Source: Candidatus Latescibacterota bacterium (GTDB lineage Bacteria > Latescibacterota > UBA2968 > GCA-2709665). Taken from it: a stretch of DNA of 64,000 nt. The notes below the pieces were generated by a model. That model was not told the origin of the DNA, searched no databases, and saw only the letters and a list, made by a program, of their open reading frames with translations. This document shows positions 32,724 through 42,243 of the stretch, piece by piece; the first letter of the stretch is position 1, and each line of letters begins with the position of its first letter. A program made the translations under genes and the position numbers. The DNA lies in the NCBI GenBank assembly GCA_965248435.1, contig OZ252100.1, positions 1,344,001 to 1,408,000 on the forward strand, read 5' to 3'.

Positions 32724-33737
32724 TCAGCCCCATTTCCCTTCGTCAACCTGGAGCCTCGTTAGCAGAGGCTCCCACCATTCTCGATTATCCTTATACCATA
32801 GGACCGTCTCCTTGAACCCTTCTTCAAACTGGAACTCCGGCTCCCACCCAAGCTCGCCTCGAATCTTGCTGCAATCGAGCAGGTATCGCCGATCGTGTCC
32901 GGGACGATCCGGCACGTAGATCTTGAACGACGCGTCAAGGTCCAGGATGCTCAAAATCGTGTCGGCCACGGTCTCGATGTCGACCTCCACTCCGCTACCT
33001 ACATTGTAGGTCTCCCCGATCCTCCCATCTTTCAGGATGAGCTCTATTGCTTTGCAGTGATCGATGGCGTGTAGCCACTCCCGCTTGTTCCGGCTGCTCT
33101 TGTAGAGCGTCATCTTCTCGTTTTCCAGAACCCTGATCGTGAAGTGCGGGATAAGTTTCTCGGGAAATTGGTAAGGTCCGTAATTATTCGAGCAGTTCGA
33201 GATCGTTATCGGCAGGTCAAATGTTTCGTGATACGCTCGAACCGCCAGGTCAGCAGATGCCTTCGAGGCGTTGTAGGGTGTTCTAGGAAGGTAGGGAGAG
33301 GTTTCCGAAAACTTGGCGTCCGAATCGAGCGGTAAGTCGCCGTAGACTTCGCACGTCGAAATGTGGTGAAACCGGGGAACGCCGGTGTCTACAGCCGCCT
33401 GTAGAAGGCTCTGTGTTCCCATAACATTCGTTTCAAAGAAAAGTCCGGGATCCACGACTGCGCGGCTATTGTGAGATTCGGCCGCAAAATTTACGACGTA
33501 GTCGGGTTCGTGTTTCTCGAAGAGGCGACTCGTGAGCTCAAGATTCCCGATGTCTCCCTGATGGAAGGTGTATCGATCCGCGTGGGCCCTCTCGACATCT
33601 CTCAGACTGTCCAGATTTCCCGCGTAGGTAAGCGAATCATAGTTGACGACGGAATCATCCGGGTGTGTGGACAGCCAGTAGCGGATGAAATTCGAACCGA
33701 TGAATCCCGCCCCACCGGTGACGAATAGCGTAGCCAT
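32724..33737 (-). CDS. rmlB: dTDP-glucose 4,6-dehydratase
   Basis: VTGGAGFIGSNF, LTYAGN, NFAAESH, PYNASKA, CSNNYGPYQFPEKLIP, DRPGHD.RY. Confidence 0.94.
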   Translation of the reverse strand: MATLFVTGGAGFIGSNFIRYWLSTHPDDSVVNYDSLTYAGNLDSLRDVERAHADRYTFHQGDIGNLELTSRLFEKHEPDYVVNFAAESHNSRAVVDPGLFFETNVMGTQSLLQAAVDTGVPRFHHISTCEVYGDLPLDSDAKFSETSPYLPRTPYNASKASADLAVRAYHETFDLPITISNCSNNYGPYQFPEKLIPHFTIRVLENEKMTLYKSSRNKREWLHAIDHCKAIELILKDGRIGETYNVGSGVEVDIETVADTILSILDLDASFKIYVPDRPGHDRRYLLDCSKIRGELGWEPEFQFEEGFKETVLWYKDNREWWEPLLTRLQVDEGKWG

Positions 33738-33756
33738 GATTTCGATCGCCCTCCAC

Positions 33757-34743
33757 CTACAGAAAAAGCTTTCCGGCCAGCACCAGGTAAGCGCAGTAGA
33801 AGAGACAGAGAAACAGACCTTCTACCCGGGTCAGACGGTTTCCAGTACGCATCAGCACCAACATCGTGAACACGATGAACAGCATCGCGGGAAAAGAGAA
33901 GTGGATCACCTTTTGCCCAACAATCAGGGGATTAACTGTGGCAGATGCGCCTGCAATCCAGCAGATGTTCAAGATATCCGCACCCAGGATATTGCCCACC
34001 GCAATCGCCCCGTGCCCCTTGCGGGCGGCTATCACCGCCGTAGCGATCTCTGGAAGGGATGTACCGATGGCGACGACTGTCAGCCCGATCACGGCCTCGC
34101 CAACCCCCAGATACTGGGAGATCGCCACCGCGGATTTTACGATGCCCTCACTCGCAATCAGGACACCGACCAATCCAAGACCGAACCAAAGCATCAGCGT
34201 GCTCAGGCCACGCCCGCTGATCGTTTCTTCAATCTCCTCCAAATCTTCTAGTTCAGCTTCTGATTCGGACGATTTCCTTCTCGTGAGATAAGCAAAGAAA
34301 AGGTAGGCCCCAAAGAGGGCAAGGAGAACGGCTCCCTCGGTACGATCGAGCGTGCCATCAAAGGCCATGGCATAGGCGACCAGATCTACGGAAACAAGAA
34401 AAATCCCGGTCGTCTTCAGCAGGTAAGGATTGATAAGGATGGGTGAGTGGGCGAACAAAGCCCCTAAACCGAGCGCCAGGCCGTCATCCGCGATAACAGA
34501 TCCGACCGCGTTTCCGAGCGCGATCTCAGGGTGCCCTGTCATCGCAGATCGAATCGACACAAACAGTTCGGGCGCCGTCGTCGCCAGGCTGACCAGTACG
34601 ATCCCGATCAGAATCTTCGGGACGTTTAAATGCTCGGCAATCCCCACAGCGCCGTCTACAAACCAGGAAGCACACTTGGAAAGAACGAGAAAGCAGACAA
34701 CAAGAAGCCCGAGGGCGACCGGCAGGCTCAATGTTCCCTCCAT
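33757..34743 (-). CDS. CaCA family cation antiporter (YrbG-like)
   Basis: Alpha repeats ATTAPE...GNAVGS and GTSLPE...GNILG; about 10 TM. Confidence 0.92.
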   Translation of the reverse strand: MEGTLSLPVALGLLVVCFLVLSKCASWFVDGAVGIAEHLNVPKILIGIVLVSLATTAPELFVSIRSAMTGHPEIALGNAVGSVIADDGLALGLGALFAHSPILINPYLLKTTGIFLVSVDLVAYAMAFDGTLDRTEGAVLLALFGAYLFFAYLTRRKSSESEAELEDLEEIEETISGRGLSTLMLWFGLGLVGVLIASEGIVKSAVAISQYLGVGEAVIGLTVVAIGTSLPEIATAVIAARKGHGAIAVGNILGADILNICWIAGASATVNPLIVGQKVIHFSFPAMLFIVFTMLVLMRTGNRLTRVEGLFLCLFYCAYLVLAGKLFL

Positions 34744-34750
34744 CAGGGCT

Positions 34751-35530
34751 TCAAACCGCGAAAACCGCGCTTGGCCTGTCCTGCTCCGCCACGGTCAGTC
34801 GTAAATCGGGAAAACCAAGCTGATTCAGGTTTCCCCGGCAAGTCCGCCGGGCCAGGTGAGGTTGATTGTTTTTGTCACTCAGATGGGCAAGTACGGCGTG
34901 CTCCAGGCCATCCTGAGCCAATCGACAAAGAGTCTCTGCCGCCCGATCGTTCGATAGATGTCCCCGGCTTCCGCTGATTCGCCGTTTCAGATTCCACGGA
35001 TAAGGCCCGTTCATCAACAGGTCACGGTCGTAATTCGCCTCTATCACAACCAGATCGGCAATCTTCAGCCGTTCGTAGACGAGATGGGTCACGGTGCCCA
35101 TATCTGTTGCAATCCCCAGAACCTGATCGCCCTCTCTAACCAGAAAATTTACCGGATCGGCTGCGTCGTGAGACAGGGCAAAGGGCTGGAAAGAGAGGTC
35201 GCCTACGTTGAAATTTTCGTCATTTCCAAAGAGGTGAATCCGTTCGCGGCCGCGAAACCATTTCTTACCCGAATTAAACGTGCCTTCGGTCATCCATATC
35301 GGGACTCCAAATCGACGCGCGAGTACACCGACACCTTTGATGTGATCTGTATGCTCGTGTGTTACGACAATCGCCTGGAGTTCAGATGGGTCCACGCCGA
35401 TAGATACAAGCCGTTCTCCGATCCGCTTGCCGACCAGGCCAGCATCGATCAAAACACGCGTCTGCCCCTTGCGCACGTAGATTGAGTTTCCGGAGCTCCC
35501 ACTGCCCAGCACACAGACTTCCATGGACAT
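34751..35530 (-). CDS. Metallo-beta-lactamase fold hydrolase (YycJ/WalJ-like)
   Basis: LGSGSSGN, THEHTDH, SHDA, TD.G, EANYD, GHLSN, HLS..NN. Confidence 0.9.
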   Translation of the reverse strand: MSMEVCVLGSGSSGNSIYVRKGQTRVLIDAGLVGKRIGERLVSIGVDPSELQAIVVTHEHTDHIKGVGVLARRFGVPIWMTEGTFNSGKKWFRGRERIHLFGNDENFNVGDLSFQPFALSHDAADPVNFLVREGDQVLGIATDMGTVTHLVYERLKIADLVVIEANYDRDLLMNGPYPWNLKRRISGSRGHLSNDRAAETLCRLAQDGLEHAVLAHLSDKNNQPHLARRTCRGNLNQLGFPDLRLTVAEQDRPSAVFAV

Positions 35531-35539
35531 CGAACCACC

Positions 35540-36766
35540 CTAGTAGTACGCTACACTCGCAAACGAGACGAGAGACTGCCCCTTTTCATCTATGGTCCGG
35601 TCGTGCTTCAGCACGACACCGCGTTCCGCTTCGATGGCTTGAAGCATGGTGTAGATAGAAGAAGTCCCACAGACCCGGTTCCGATCGCCTTCTCGCACGA
35701 TCGCATCGAAAAACCCTTCCGCATCAACCGCCTCTGCCGCCCTGAGAAGCTCCTGATCCGATTTTTCAACCCGATCGATAAAGGTCTCAGACAGGTCCTC
35801 TTCGTCGCCGAACCGAGCACCGACGTGGCTGAAATCCACGCCCGCGATAAAACAAACGCGGCTTTCCAGCCCTTCGATAGTAAGCCTCAGCGCTTCCAGA
35901 AAGTTCGAAACGGATGAGGATGCCAACGGCGAACACTTTTCAACAACCATTTCGTGAAAAGTTCCGATCAGGACCGGAACAAAAGTGATATCGCGATCCG
36001 GATACAGGTACTTCAAGAAGAGGGTCTGAAACTCGATGGAGTGTTCAGACCGATGCGAAAACTCATCTTCGAACAGATCCTCGGCGGCGTGGTGGGACAA
36101 CCGGTCGATGACCTCCTGGTCCGCCTTCAATGTCCCAAAGGGCGTTTCAAAATCTTTCCTGCTCAGCACAAAGCTGCGTCTCGCAGAATGTCCCGTTCCG
36201 AATACGAAGAAGATGTCTGGCGGCGGTGCCTCGGCAAGGGCCTTGTAGGCCCACGCGAAACAGGGTCCTCCCCGGTTGAAATCGATATGCGGTGCGATCA
36301 GCCCTCGAATCGGCGCTCGGCCGTTGGTTGCTTCAGGGACCCCAGGTCCCTCGGGGGAAAGAAAAAAACCGTCCATCATCTTCCTGAGAGCATCTGCCTC
36401 GTTCGGGTAAGAAGCACCTGCGTGGGCCGCCTGCCTTACGGACGCGGCTCGGAATCCGGCCACTGCGTCTTCCCGAAATTGTCTATAGCGTTCGCTGTCA
36501 AGAAAATAGACCTCGTCCATCTTCAGGACGAGCTCTTCGATTTGCTGTCGATTCACCGTCGACTGATCGAATTTACGATTGAACGCAGCAGCCAGGTCAT
36601 CGATCGAATGCTGCCCGTCGAACAGTGTAAGCAGATAGTAGACGTGATACGGCACGGCGAGGCCCTGATCCGTCAAACCCTCGGGATCCTTCATGTAGAT
36701 CAGCTTCTGCCCCTCGGCCTCGACTGGAACCGCTTCCAGATACCTGATTTTCGGTCTATCGTCCAT
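35540..36766 (-). CDS. MEMO1 family protein (AmmeMemoRadiSam protein B) with extra N-terminal domain
   Basis: R.AAHAG..YP, I.PHID, FETPFG, H.SEHSIEFQ, DFSHVG.RFGD, .VCG, VSFAS. Confidence 0.88.
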   Translation of the reverse strand: MDDRPKIRYLEAVPVEAEGQKLIYMKDPEGLTDQGLAVPYHVYYLLTLFDGQHSIDDLAAAFNRKFDQSTVNRQQIEELVLKMDEVYFLDSERYRQFREDAVAGFRAASVRQAAHAGASYPNEADALRKMMDGFFLSPEGPGVPEATNGRAPIRGLIAPHIDFNRGGPCFAWAYKALAEAPPPDIFFVFGTGHSARRSFVLSRKDFETPFGTLKADQEVIDRLSHHAAEDLFEDEFSHRSEHSIEFQTLFLKYLYPDRDITFVPVLIGTFHEMVVEKCSPLASSSVSNFLEALRLTIEGLESRVCFIAGVDFSHVGARFGDEEDLSETFIDRVEKSDQELLRAAEAVDAEGFFDAIVREGDRNRVCGTSSIYTMLQAIEAERGVVLKHDRTIDEKGQSLVSFASVAYY

Positions 36767-36934
36767 CGTTCACAAAGGTCCTTCTTACCAAAAAAAGCCC
36801 CATCCAAATTCCTCCGGATGGGGCTCCGAAGCACATCGTCGTGCCCTAAATCGAAGGTAGGGTCCAGCAGATGATAAGTCAAGCTATTTCTGAGCAGATA
36901 CTTGATTTAGGCGATTCGGTGCCACTGTTTTTCT

Positions 36935-39235
36935 CTACCTGGCGGCGACCCTGGCGACCCAAATACTGATTTCATAAAGCACGATGAGAGGTACGGCCAT
37001 CATCAATTGAGAAATCGGGTCGGGAGGCGTCAGGAGCGCGGCCAAAACAAACCCGGCCAGGATGGCGTAGCGGCGTCCCGCCCTCATCTTGGCCGCGGTC
37101 AGCAATCCCACCTTACTCAGAAAAAAGGTCGCCACGGGCAGCTCGAACACGACACCGAACGCGAGAAGCAGGCGAAGCACGAAACCGATATACATTCCGA
37201 TATCAAACTGAGGGGTTATTCCAGTGCCGGACGTCATCCCGACGAGGAAAACGAGGGCGATCGGTATCACGGCGAAGTAGGCGACGGCGGCGCCTGCCGC
37301 GAAGCAGAACGCTGAGGAACCGATGATAAAAATCACATAGCGTTGCTCATTTCCGTAGAGCCCGGGCGCGACGAACATCCAGAACTGGTGAAGCACGAGG
37401 GGCAGAGCAAGCAGGAAGCCGCCGACGAGCGCGATGTTAAGCCTGACGACAAACATCCCGATCGGTTTGAGGGTGATGAGTTCGGGACTGACCTTCATTC
37501 CCTGCACGGGCAGTGTCAGAAGTTTTAGAAGCTCATCCGAAAAAACGGCACACAGGATCGCTCCGGCCACGATTGCTGCCAGTGATTTCAAGATGTGCCA
37601 CCTGAGTTCCTCCAGGTGGTCCAGAAACGGCATCGCCTTCTCCCCTTCGGGGATCGAAGGTTCCGGATCCCGCGCAGGAACCTGTCCAACCGCGGCCTTT
37701 GGAAGGATGGTTCGCTCTTCAAACGTGCTGCCTGGAGGGAAAAAAGAAAGCCCGAGCAGCGCGACCGCAAGCAGCCCGCAGACCTGTGAAAATAGATCTC
37801 CGTATTGCGTGTAGAAGGTCATCTGAGTGCGCGCGGCAACCGTTCCAATGAGCAGGGCTTCGTGAAAGATACCCGTGGTCTGGTCCTTCCTTCCCAGTGG
37901 GTCGATCAACGTGGAAACGCCCGTATTCGCACAACGAACGACCGCCCGCCGATTTTCAATTGCCCTGAAAACTGCCGCCTCGGCGTGCTGATACGGACCG
38001 GAGGTCCTTCCAAACCATCCGTCGTTCGTAATTACGACAAGATACTCGGCTCCCCTCGATACCAACTCCCTAACAAAACCTGGGAAAACAGAATCGAAGC
38101 AGATGAGTGCCGAAAACCTGGCTCCTGGTCCATCGAAGACGGTCAGTTGTTTGCCCGAATCAAAATTGCCACTCACGTAGCCGGCTCCCGTAAATCTGAT
38201 CTTACGTAAAAACGGAAGGAGCTCGGGAAAAGGGGCGCGTTCGCCGAACGGGACCAGCTTGATCTTGTCGTACCTCTGCAGGGAAGACTGGCCGGGCGAC
38301 AACAGGAATGAAGAGTTGTAAGATCTAACGGGCGGGCCTGCCTCCACGCGATGTGCGCCCGTGTAGAGATAGACCTGAAGAGAATCCACATAGGCCTGAA
38401 GCCGGTCTCTGTAGCGCCGGTGGAATTCACTCTCCAGGTAGGCCTTCGTGGCTGTCTCTGGCCAGACAACGAGATCGACGCCGCTTTCCACTGCAGGACG
38501 CGTCAGCTCCTGCAGGATGTTGAAATTGTATTCAAATCCCAGGTCCTGCTTGGCGAGGGGCGGGATGTTGGGTTGTACCGCTCCTATTGATACGGGACGC
38601 CCGTCTAGTGGCGTTGAGAGCCGAAGCAGACCGTAAAGCGTGGGAACTCCGAACAGAACGATGAGCGCCACGACACCTGCAGCCAAGCGTAATCGTTGCC
38701 GCACGATCGCGAGCACCGTCAAATTCACGACGACGATCCAGAAGGAAACGCCGAAGACGCCGGTAAACTCGGCATACTGAATCAACGGGAGATACTCCGT
38801 CTGCGTGATTCCGAGCAGTGCCCACGGAAAACCCATGTCGCCGATCGAACTGAAGTATTCGAAGGCCACCCATATGAAGGGCGTGCTCCAAAAGCCCAGG
38901 ACTCCGAACCGCCTAACCACTCTGCTCAGCACCCATAGAAAAAGCCCTCTAAAGAGGGCCATGTAGACAATCGCGCCGGCCATACCGGGGAGCGTGATCC
39001 AGGAAATCCAATAGATCGTCGCGGAATAAAATACGGTGCCCTGGATCACGCCGGCGCCGAATGCGGCTCGCCCCTGCAGCCGCTCCGCCGAAAGCAGGAG
39101 CGGGATCAGCCCGACGTAAGCCAGGAGTCCGAGAGGAAGCGGAGGGAAGGCTGCAGCTAGGATGAGCCCGGAAATCGCCGGATAGACGAGGAGAAGGGGC
39201 AGGGACTTTCGGCCGCCTGGGGCATCATCCGTCAT
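36935..39235 (-). CDS. lnt-tatC: Fusion of apolipoprotein N-acyltransferase Lnt (about aa 1-500) and Tat translocase TatC (aa 535-766)
   Basis: One 766-aa ORF. Lnt: GFPW, VQPNI, WPETA, YDK.KLVPFGE, ICFD, TNDGWFG, RAIE.R, ANTG.S. TatC: MPFLDHLEELR, W.FVAPGLY, FELP, TPPDPISQ, LYE. Confidence 0.93.
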   Translation of the reverse strand: MTDDAPGGRKSLPLLLVYPAISGLILAAAFPPLPLGLLAYVGLIPLLLSAERLQGRAAFGAGVIQGTVFYSATIYWISWITLPGMAGAIVYMALFRGLFLWVLSRVVRRFGVLGFWSTPFIWVAFEYFSSIGDMGFPWALLGITQTEYLPLIQYAEFTGVFGVSFWIVVVNLTVLAIVRQRLRLAAGVVALIVLFGVPTLYGLLRLSTPLDGRPVSIGAVQPNIPPLAKQDLGFEYNFNILQELTRPAVESGVDLVVWPETATKAYLESEFHRRYRDRLQAYVDSLQVYLYTGAHRVEAGPPVRSYNSSFLLSPGQSSLQRYDKIKLVPFGERAPFPELLPFLRKIRFTGAGYVSGNFDSGKQLTVFDGPGARFSALICFDSVFPGFVRELVSRGAEYLVVITNDGWFGRTSGPYQHAEAAVFRAIENRRAVVRCANTGVSTLIDPLGRKDQTTGIFHEALLIGTVAARTQMTFYTQYGDLFSQVCGLLAVALLGLSFFPPGSTFEERTILPKAAVGQVPARDPEPSIPEGEKAMPFLDHLEELRWHILKSLAAIVAGAILCAVFSDELLKLLTLPVQGMKVSPELITLKPIGMFVVRLNIALVGGFLLALPLVLHQFWMFVAPGLYGNEQRYVIFIIGSSAFCFAAGAAVAYFAVIPIALVFLVGMTSGTGITPQFDIGMYIGFVLRLLLAFGVVFELPVATFFLSKVGLLTAAKMRAGRRYAILAGFVLAALLTPPDPISQLMMAVPLIVLYEISIWVARVAAR

Positions 39236-39331
39236 GCCGATCCCTTGACTGCGTGGAGTTAGCGATCAATAAGGCTTCGAGGGTAAGATTTTCCAGGTGG
39301 CTGTGGGCACTTTCCAAGGAGGAATGCGTAG

Positions 39332-39405
39332 AATATAAGCGAGCCCAGAATCCTTGTCAAATCTGGGATCGCGGGTTTGACAAACCGCCCTGGCCCATAT
39401 ATCTT
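39332..39405. promoter_or_regulatory. Back-to-back sigma70 promoters for lnt-tatC (-) and the bioF-like gene (+)
   Basis: Minus: TTGACA (39360-39355), 17 nt, TATATT (39337-39332). Plus: TTGACA (39377-39382), 17 nt, TATCTT (39400-39405). Confidence 0.7.
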
Positions 39406-39538
39406 GCAATTTCGGATCTGGGAATTCGGATTGCTGATTGATGATTCATTGACGCTTCTGTCCTTGTCACCCAAACGTCGCATCGTCATCGGTTCTGCCT
39501 TTCATTCCGCATTCCGCAATCCCCGATCCGCAATCGCC
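39406..39538. repeat. Imperfect inverted array of ATCCGCA-like heptamers
   Basis: TTCGGATCTGGGAATTCGGATTGCTGATTG ... ATTCCGCATTCCGCAATCCCCGATCCGCAATCG. Confidence 0.6.
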
Positions 39539-40693
39539 ATGCTTCCTTCCCTTTCCACAGAGCTTGAGCGCCTCAGGTCCGAAGGCCTCTATCGCAGCCT
39601 CCGTCAAGTCGAGGGTCCTCCGGGACCCCACTGCAGGGTGATGGGGGTCGAGTACCTCAATTTCTGCTCCAACGACTATCTCGGTTTGGCAACTCACCCC
39701 ACACTCAAGGCCGCAGCAGCGAAGGCCCTGGAAGTCTACGGCTGTAGTGCAACCGCGTCGCGACTCCTCTCGGGCAGTATGCCTCCCCACGCGGAACTCG
39801 AGACCCGCCTAGCCGATTTTCTGAACACCGAGGCCGCCCTCACCTTCCCGACCGGCTACATGGCGAACCTGGGCGCCATTACGTCCCTGGCCGGTTCGGA
39901 GGATGTCGTTTTCAGCGATCGGCTCAACCACGCGAGCATCGTGGATGGCTGCCGGCTCTCGAGGGCGAAGATCATCGTCTACGACCACTGCGACCCGAAT
40001 CATCTTGAGGAATTGATGCAATCCGCGTCGAACATCCGCCGACGTGTCATCGTTACGGATGGTCTCTTCAGTATGGACGGGGACGTGGCGCCGCTGCCTG
40101 AGATAATCGAAATCGCACAGCGAAACGACGCGATTCTAATCGTGGACGACGCACACGCAACCGGGGTTCTGGGCCCGAACGGCAGGGGTTCGCCAGAGCA
40201 TTTCGACCTGCCGGGCGTCGACGTCCTGACCTCGTCCGGGAGCATTGCTCTGGGCTCAACAGGAGGTTTCGTGGCTGGCCGACAGGACCTGATCGACCTG
40301 CTGATCAACCGGGCCAGAACTTTCGTGTATACGACCGCCCTTTCCCCGGATGCCTGCGCAGCCACTGCGGCGGCCCTGGACCTGATCGATGCAGACCCTT
40401 CGATTCGTGGCCGACTGTGGAGAAATCTACAAATCGCTCGCGAGGGCTTGTGCCGTCTCGGGTTTGATCTCATGAGTTCTCGAACCCAGATTATTCCGAT
40501 CCTCATCGGCGATCCGAATCGAACGATGGCCATCTCGGAAGCCCTCCTCGAACAGAGGATCCTCCTATCCGGGATTCGCCCTCCAACCGTACCGGAAAAT
40601 CAGAGCCGCCTGCGCCTTTCGTTAACTTCCGAGCACAGCCAGGAAGACATCGAACACCTATTGGAAGCACTCGAGACGGTCCGAAGCATTTGA
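39539..40693 (+). CDS. bioF: 8-amino-7-oxononanoate synthase homolog (PLP lysine apparently substituted)
   Basis: NFCSNDYLGL, SRLLSG, GYMAN, NHASIVDG, FSMDGD, DDAHA, IRPPTVP, RLR; start reassigned to MLPSL. Confidence 0.85.
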   Translation: MLPSLSTELERLRSEGLYRSLRQVEGPPGPHCRVMGVEYLNFCSNDYLGLATHPTLKAAAAKALEVYGCSATASRLLSGSMPPHAELETRLADFLNTEAALTFPTGYMANLGAITSLAGSEDVVFSDRLNHASIVDGCRLSRAKIIVYDHCDPNHLEELMQSASNIRRRVIVTDGLFSMDGDVAPLPEIIEIAQRNDAILIVDDAHATGVLGPNGRGSPEHFDLPGVDVLTSSGSIALGSTGGFVAGRQDLIDLLINRARTFVYTTALSPDACAATAAALDLIDADPSIRGRLWRNLQIAREGLCRLGFDLMSSRTQIIPILIGDPNRTMAISEALLEQRILLSGIRPPTVPENQSRLRLSLTSEHSQEDIEHLLEALETVRSI

Positions 40694-40730
40694 GCCTGAC
40701 CTGCGGGCGGCCATCTGTTCAGGAAGACGT

Positions 40731-41531
40731 ATGAACGAAAAGAAAGTCGATTCGGATCCCCTCGAGCGAATTCGGGTTGTCCTGGTCGAGCCCAAAGAGC
40801 CGGGCAATGTCGGATCGGTCGCACGCGCCATGAAGAACATGGGCTTGGCCAAACTCTACCTGGTCAATCCACCTGACTTCGAATCGGGAGATGCTCGGAA
40901 AATGGCTACCGGATCCGGCGACGTCCTCTACGGTGCAACCGTCTCGGACTCTCTGCAGAGCGCGCTCTCCGGGACGGTCCTGTCTGTGGCCACGACCCAC
41001 AGGAGGCGCCAGCACTTCGAGCAACCCTCGAGCCCGCAGGAGGCTGCCCGAAAACTCACTTCCCTGCCGCCCGATGCCGAAGGTGCACTGGTGTTGGGAC
41101 GAGAGGACAGCGGTTTGACGAACGAAGAGCTTCATCTGTGCTCCATGGTGGCAAGGATTCCCACGGCGCAACAGTATCCCTCACTCAACCTCGCCCAGGC
41201 AGCGCTGATCTTCGCCTACGAACTCTCTCGGGCCGCCGCTGCCGGACCCGAGACGCGACGGCAGGACCTCGCTTCGTTCGAACAGGTTGAATCCCTCTAC
41301 GAACACATCGCGTCTGCCCTCGACAAGCTCGGTTTCGTGTCCAGCCAGAGGCCCGAGACCTTCATGCACTCCATAAGACGAACCTTCGGACGCATGGCCC
41401 TGGAACGTGCAGAAATTGCGACCCTGCACAAAATTTTTCGGCAAGTAGACAAGTTCGTGGCGCGCACCGGTTTCCAAAACGAACAAAATAGCAATTCGGT
41501 AACTGTCACAAACAAAAAGCGGACACCATAA
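40731..41531 (+). CDS. trmJ: TrmJ/LasT family SPOUT RNA methyltransferase
   Basis: VVLVEP..PGNVG.VARAMKNMG, GREDSGLTNEEL, YPSLNLAQA. Confidence 0.88.
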   Translation: MNEKKVDSDPLERIRVVLVEPKEPGNVGSVARAMKNMGLAKLYLVNPPDFESGDARKMATGSGDVLYGATVSDSLQSALSGTVLSVATTHRRRQHFEQPSSPQEAARKLTSLPPDAEGALVLGREDSGLTNEELHLCSMVARIPTAQQYPSLNLAQAALIFAYELSRAAAAGPETRRQDLASFEQVESLYEHIASALDKLGFVSSQRPETFMHSIRRTFGRMALERAEIATLHKIFRQVDKFVARTGFQNEQNSNSVTVTNKKRTP

Positions 41532-41587
41532 GGTGTCCGCATAGAAACCACTCCTCGCCCTGGGGGCTTTACGTTCCGGGCTGAGGA

Positions 41588-42100
41588 TCAGGCAGCCGAC
41601 CCAGGCTGCCGCATTTCCACGCCCGCCTTTTCAAGGATATTCACGATCTTGGGAACCGGGCACTTGAAGTGGCCGGCAATCTCAGCCAGTGTCTTCCCCT
41701 CTTGCGTATAGAGGCGGGCGATCTCTTCGCGAGATAGGACCTGCTCATAATCTTTGGTCCCCGTGAATCCGGCGTGTTTCCGAACCACGATATCGCCGGT
41801 CACGGATACTTGACACGAAAGTCTCAGGTTGCCTTTGAGCTGGATGAAGCGGAGGTTTTCCAGGGCTCCCTTTTTCGTAACACCTTCCTGGGGAATCACT
41901 TCGACGGTACAGGTACCGCAGGCGCCGTGCCCCTGGCAATTTACGTATTTTGCCAACCCGTTGTAGAGATCGATGTCGTGCTCGATCGCCAGCTCCCTGA
42001 GGTTGGTAAACGGCTTGCACTCCACCGTTTTGTCACAGTTCGAGAAGGTGACCTTGCACAGAGACTTGCGTTCCGGAAGACTGCCGATGAAGGTTGACAC
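41588..42100 (-). CDS. 2Fe-2S ferredoxin with C-terminal helix-turn-helix-like domain
   Basis: NCQGHGACGTC...RLSCQ (four Cys ligands); tail IARLY..EGKTLAEIA.HF......I...L...G. Confidence 0.8.
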   Translation of the reverse strand: MSTFIGSLPERKSLCKVTFSNCDKTVECKPFTNLRELAIEHDIDLYNGLAKYVNCQGHGACGTCTVEVIPQEGVTKKGALENLRFIQLKGNLRLSCQVSVTGDIVVRKHAGFTGTKDYEQVLSREEIARLYTQEGKTLAEIAGHFKCPVPKIVNILEKAGVEMRQPGSAA

Positions 42101-42243
42101 TGGGTTCTCCGGTGAGTGACGCGTAAGAAAATTCGCGATCTCAAAGTAAGCATATCGCTGTTTCCAGACAAGAGGAAAATCAGTTCAGTAAAGTCTTCGC
42201 ACGACGAGACCGGCTTCATGATCTGACCCTATTGACGAATCCT

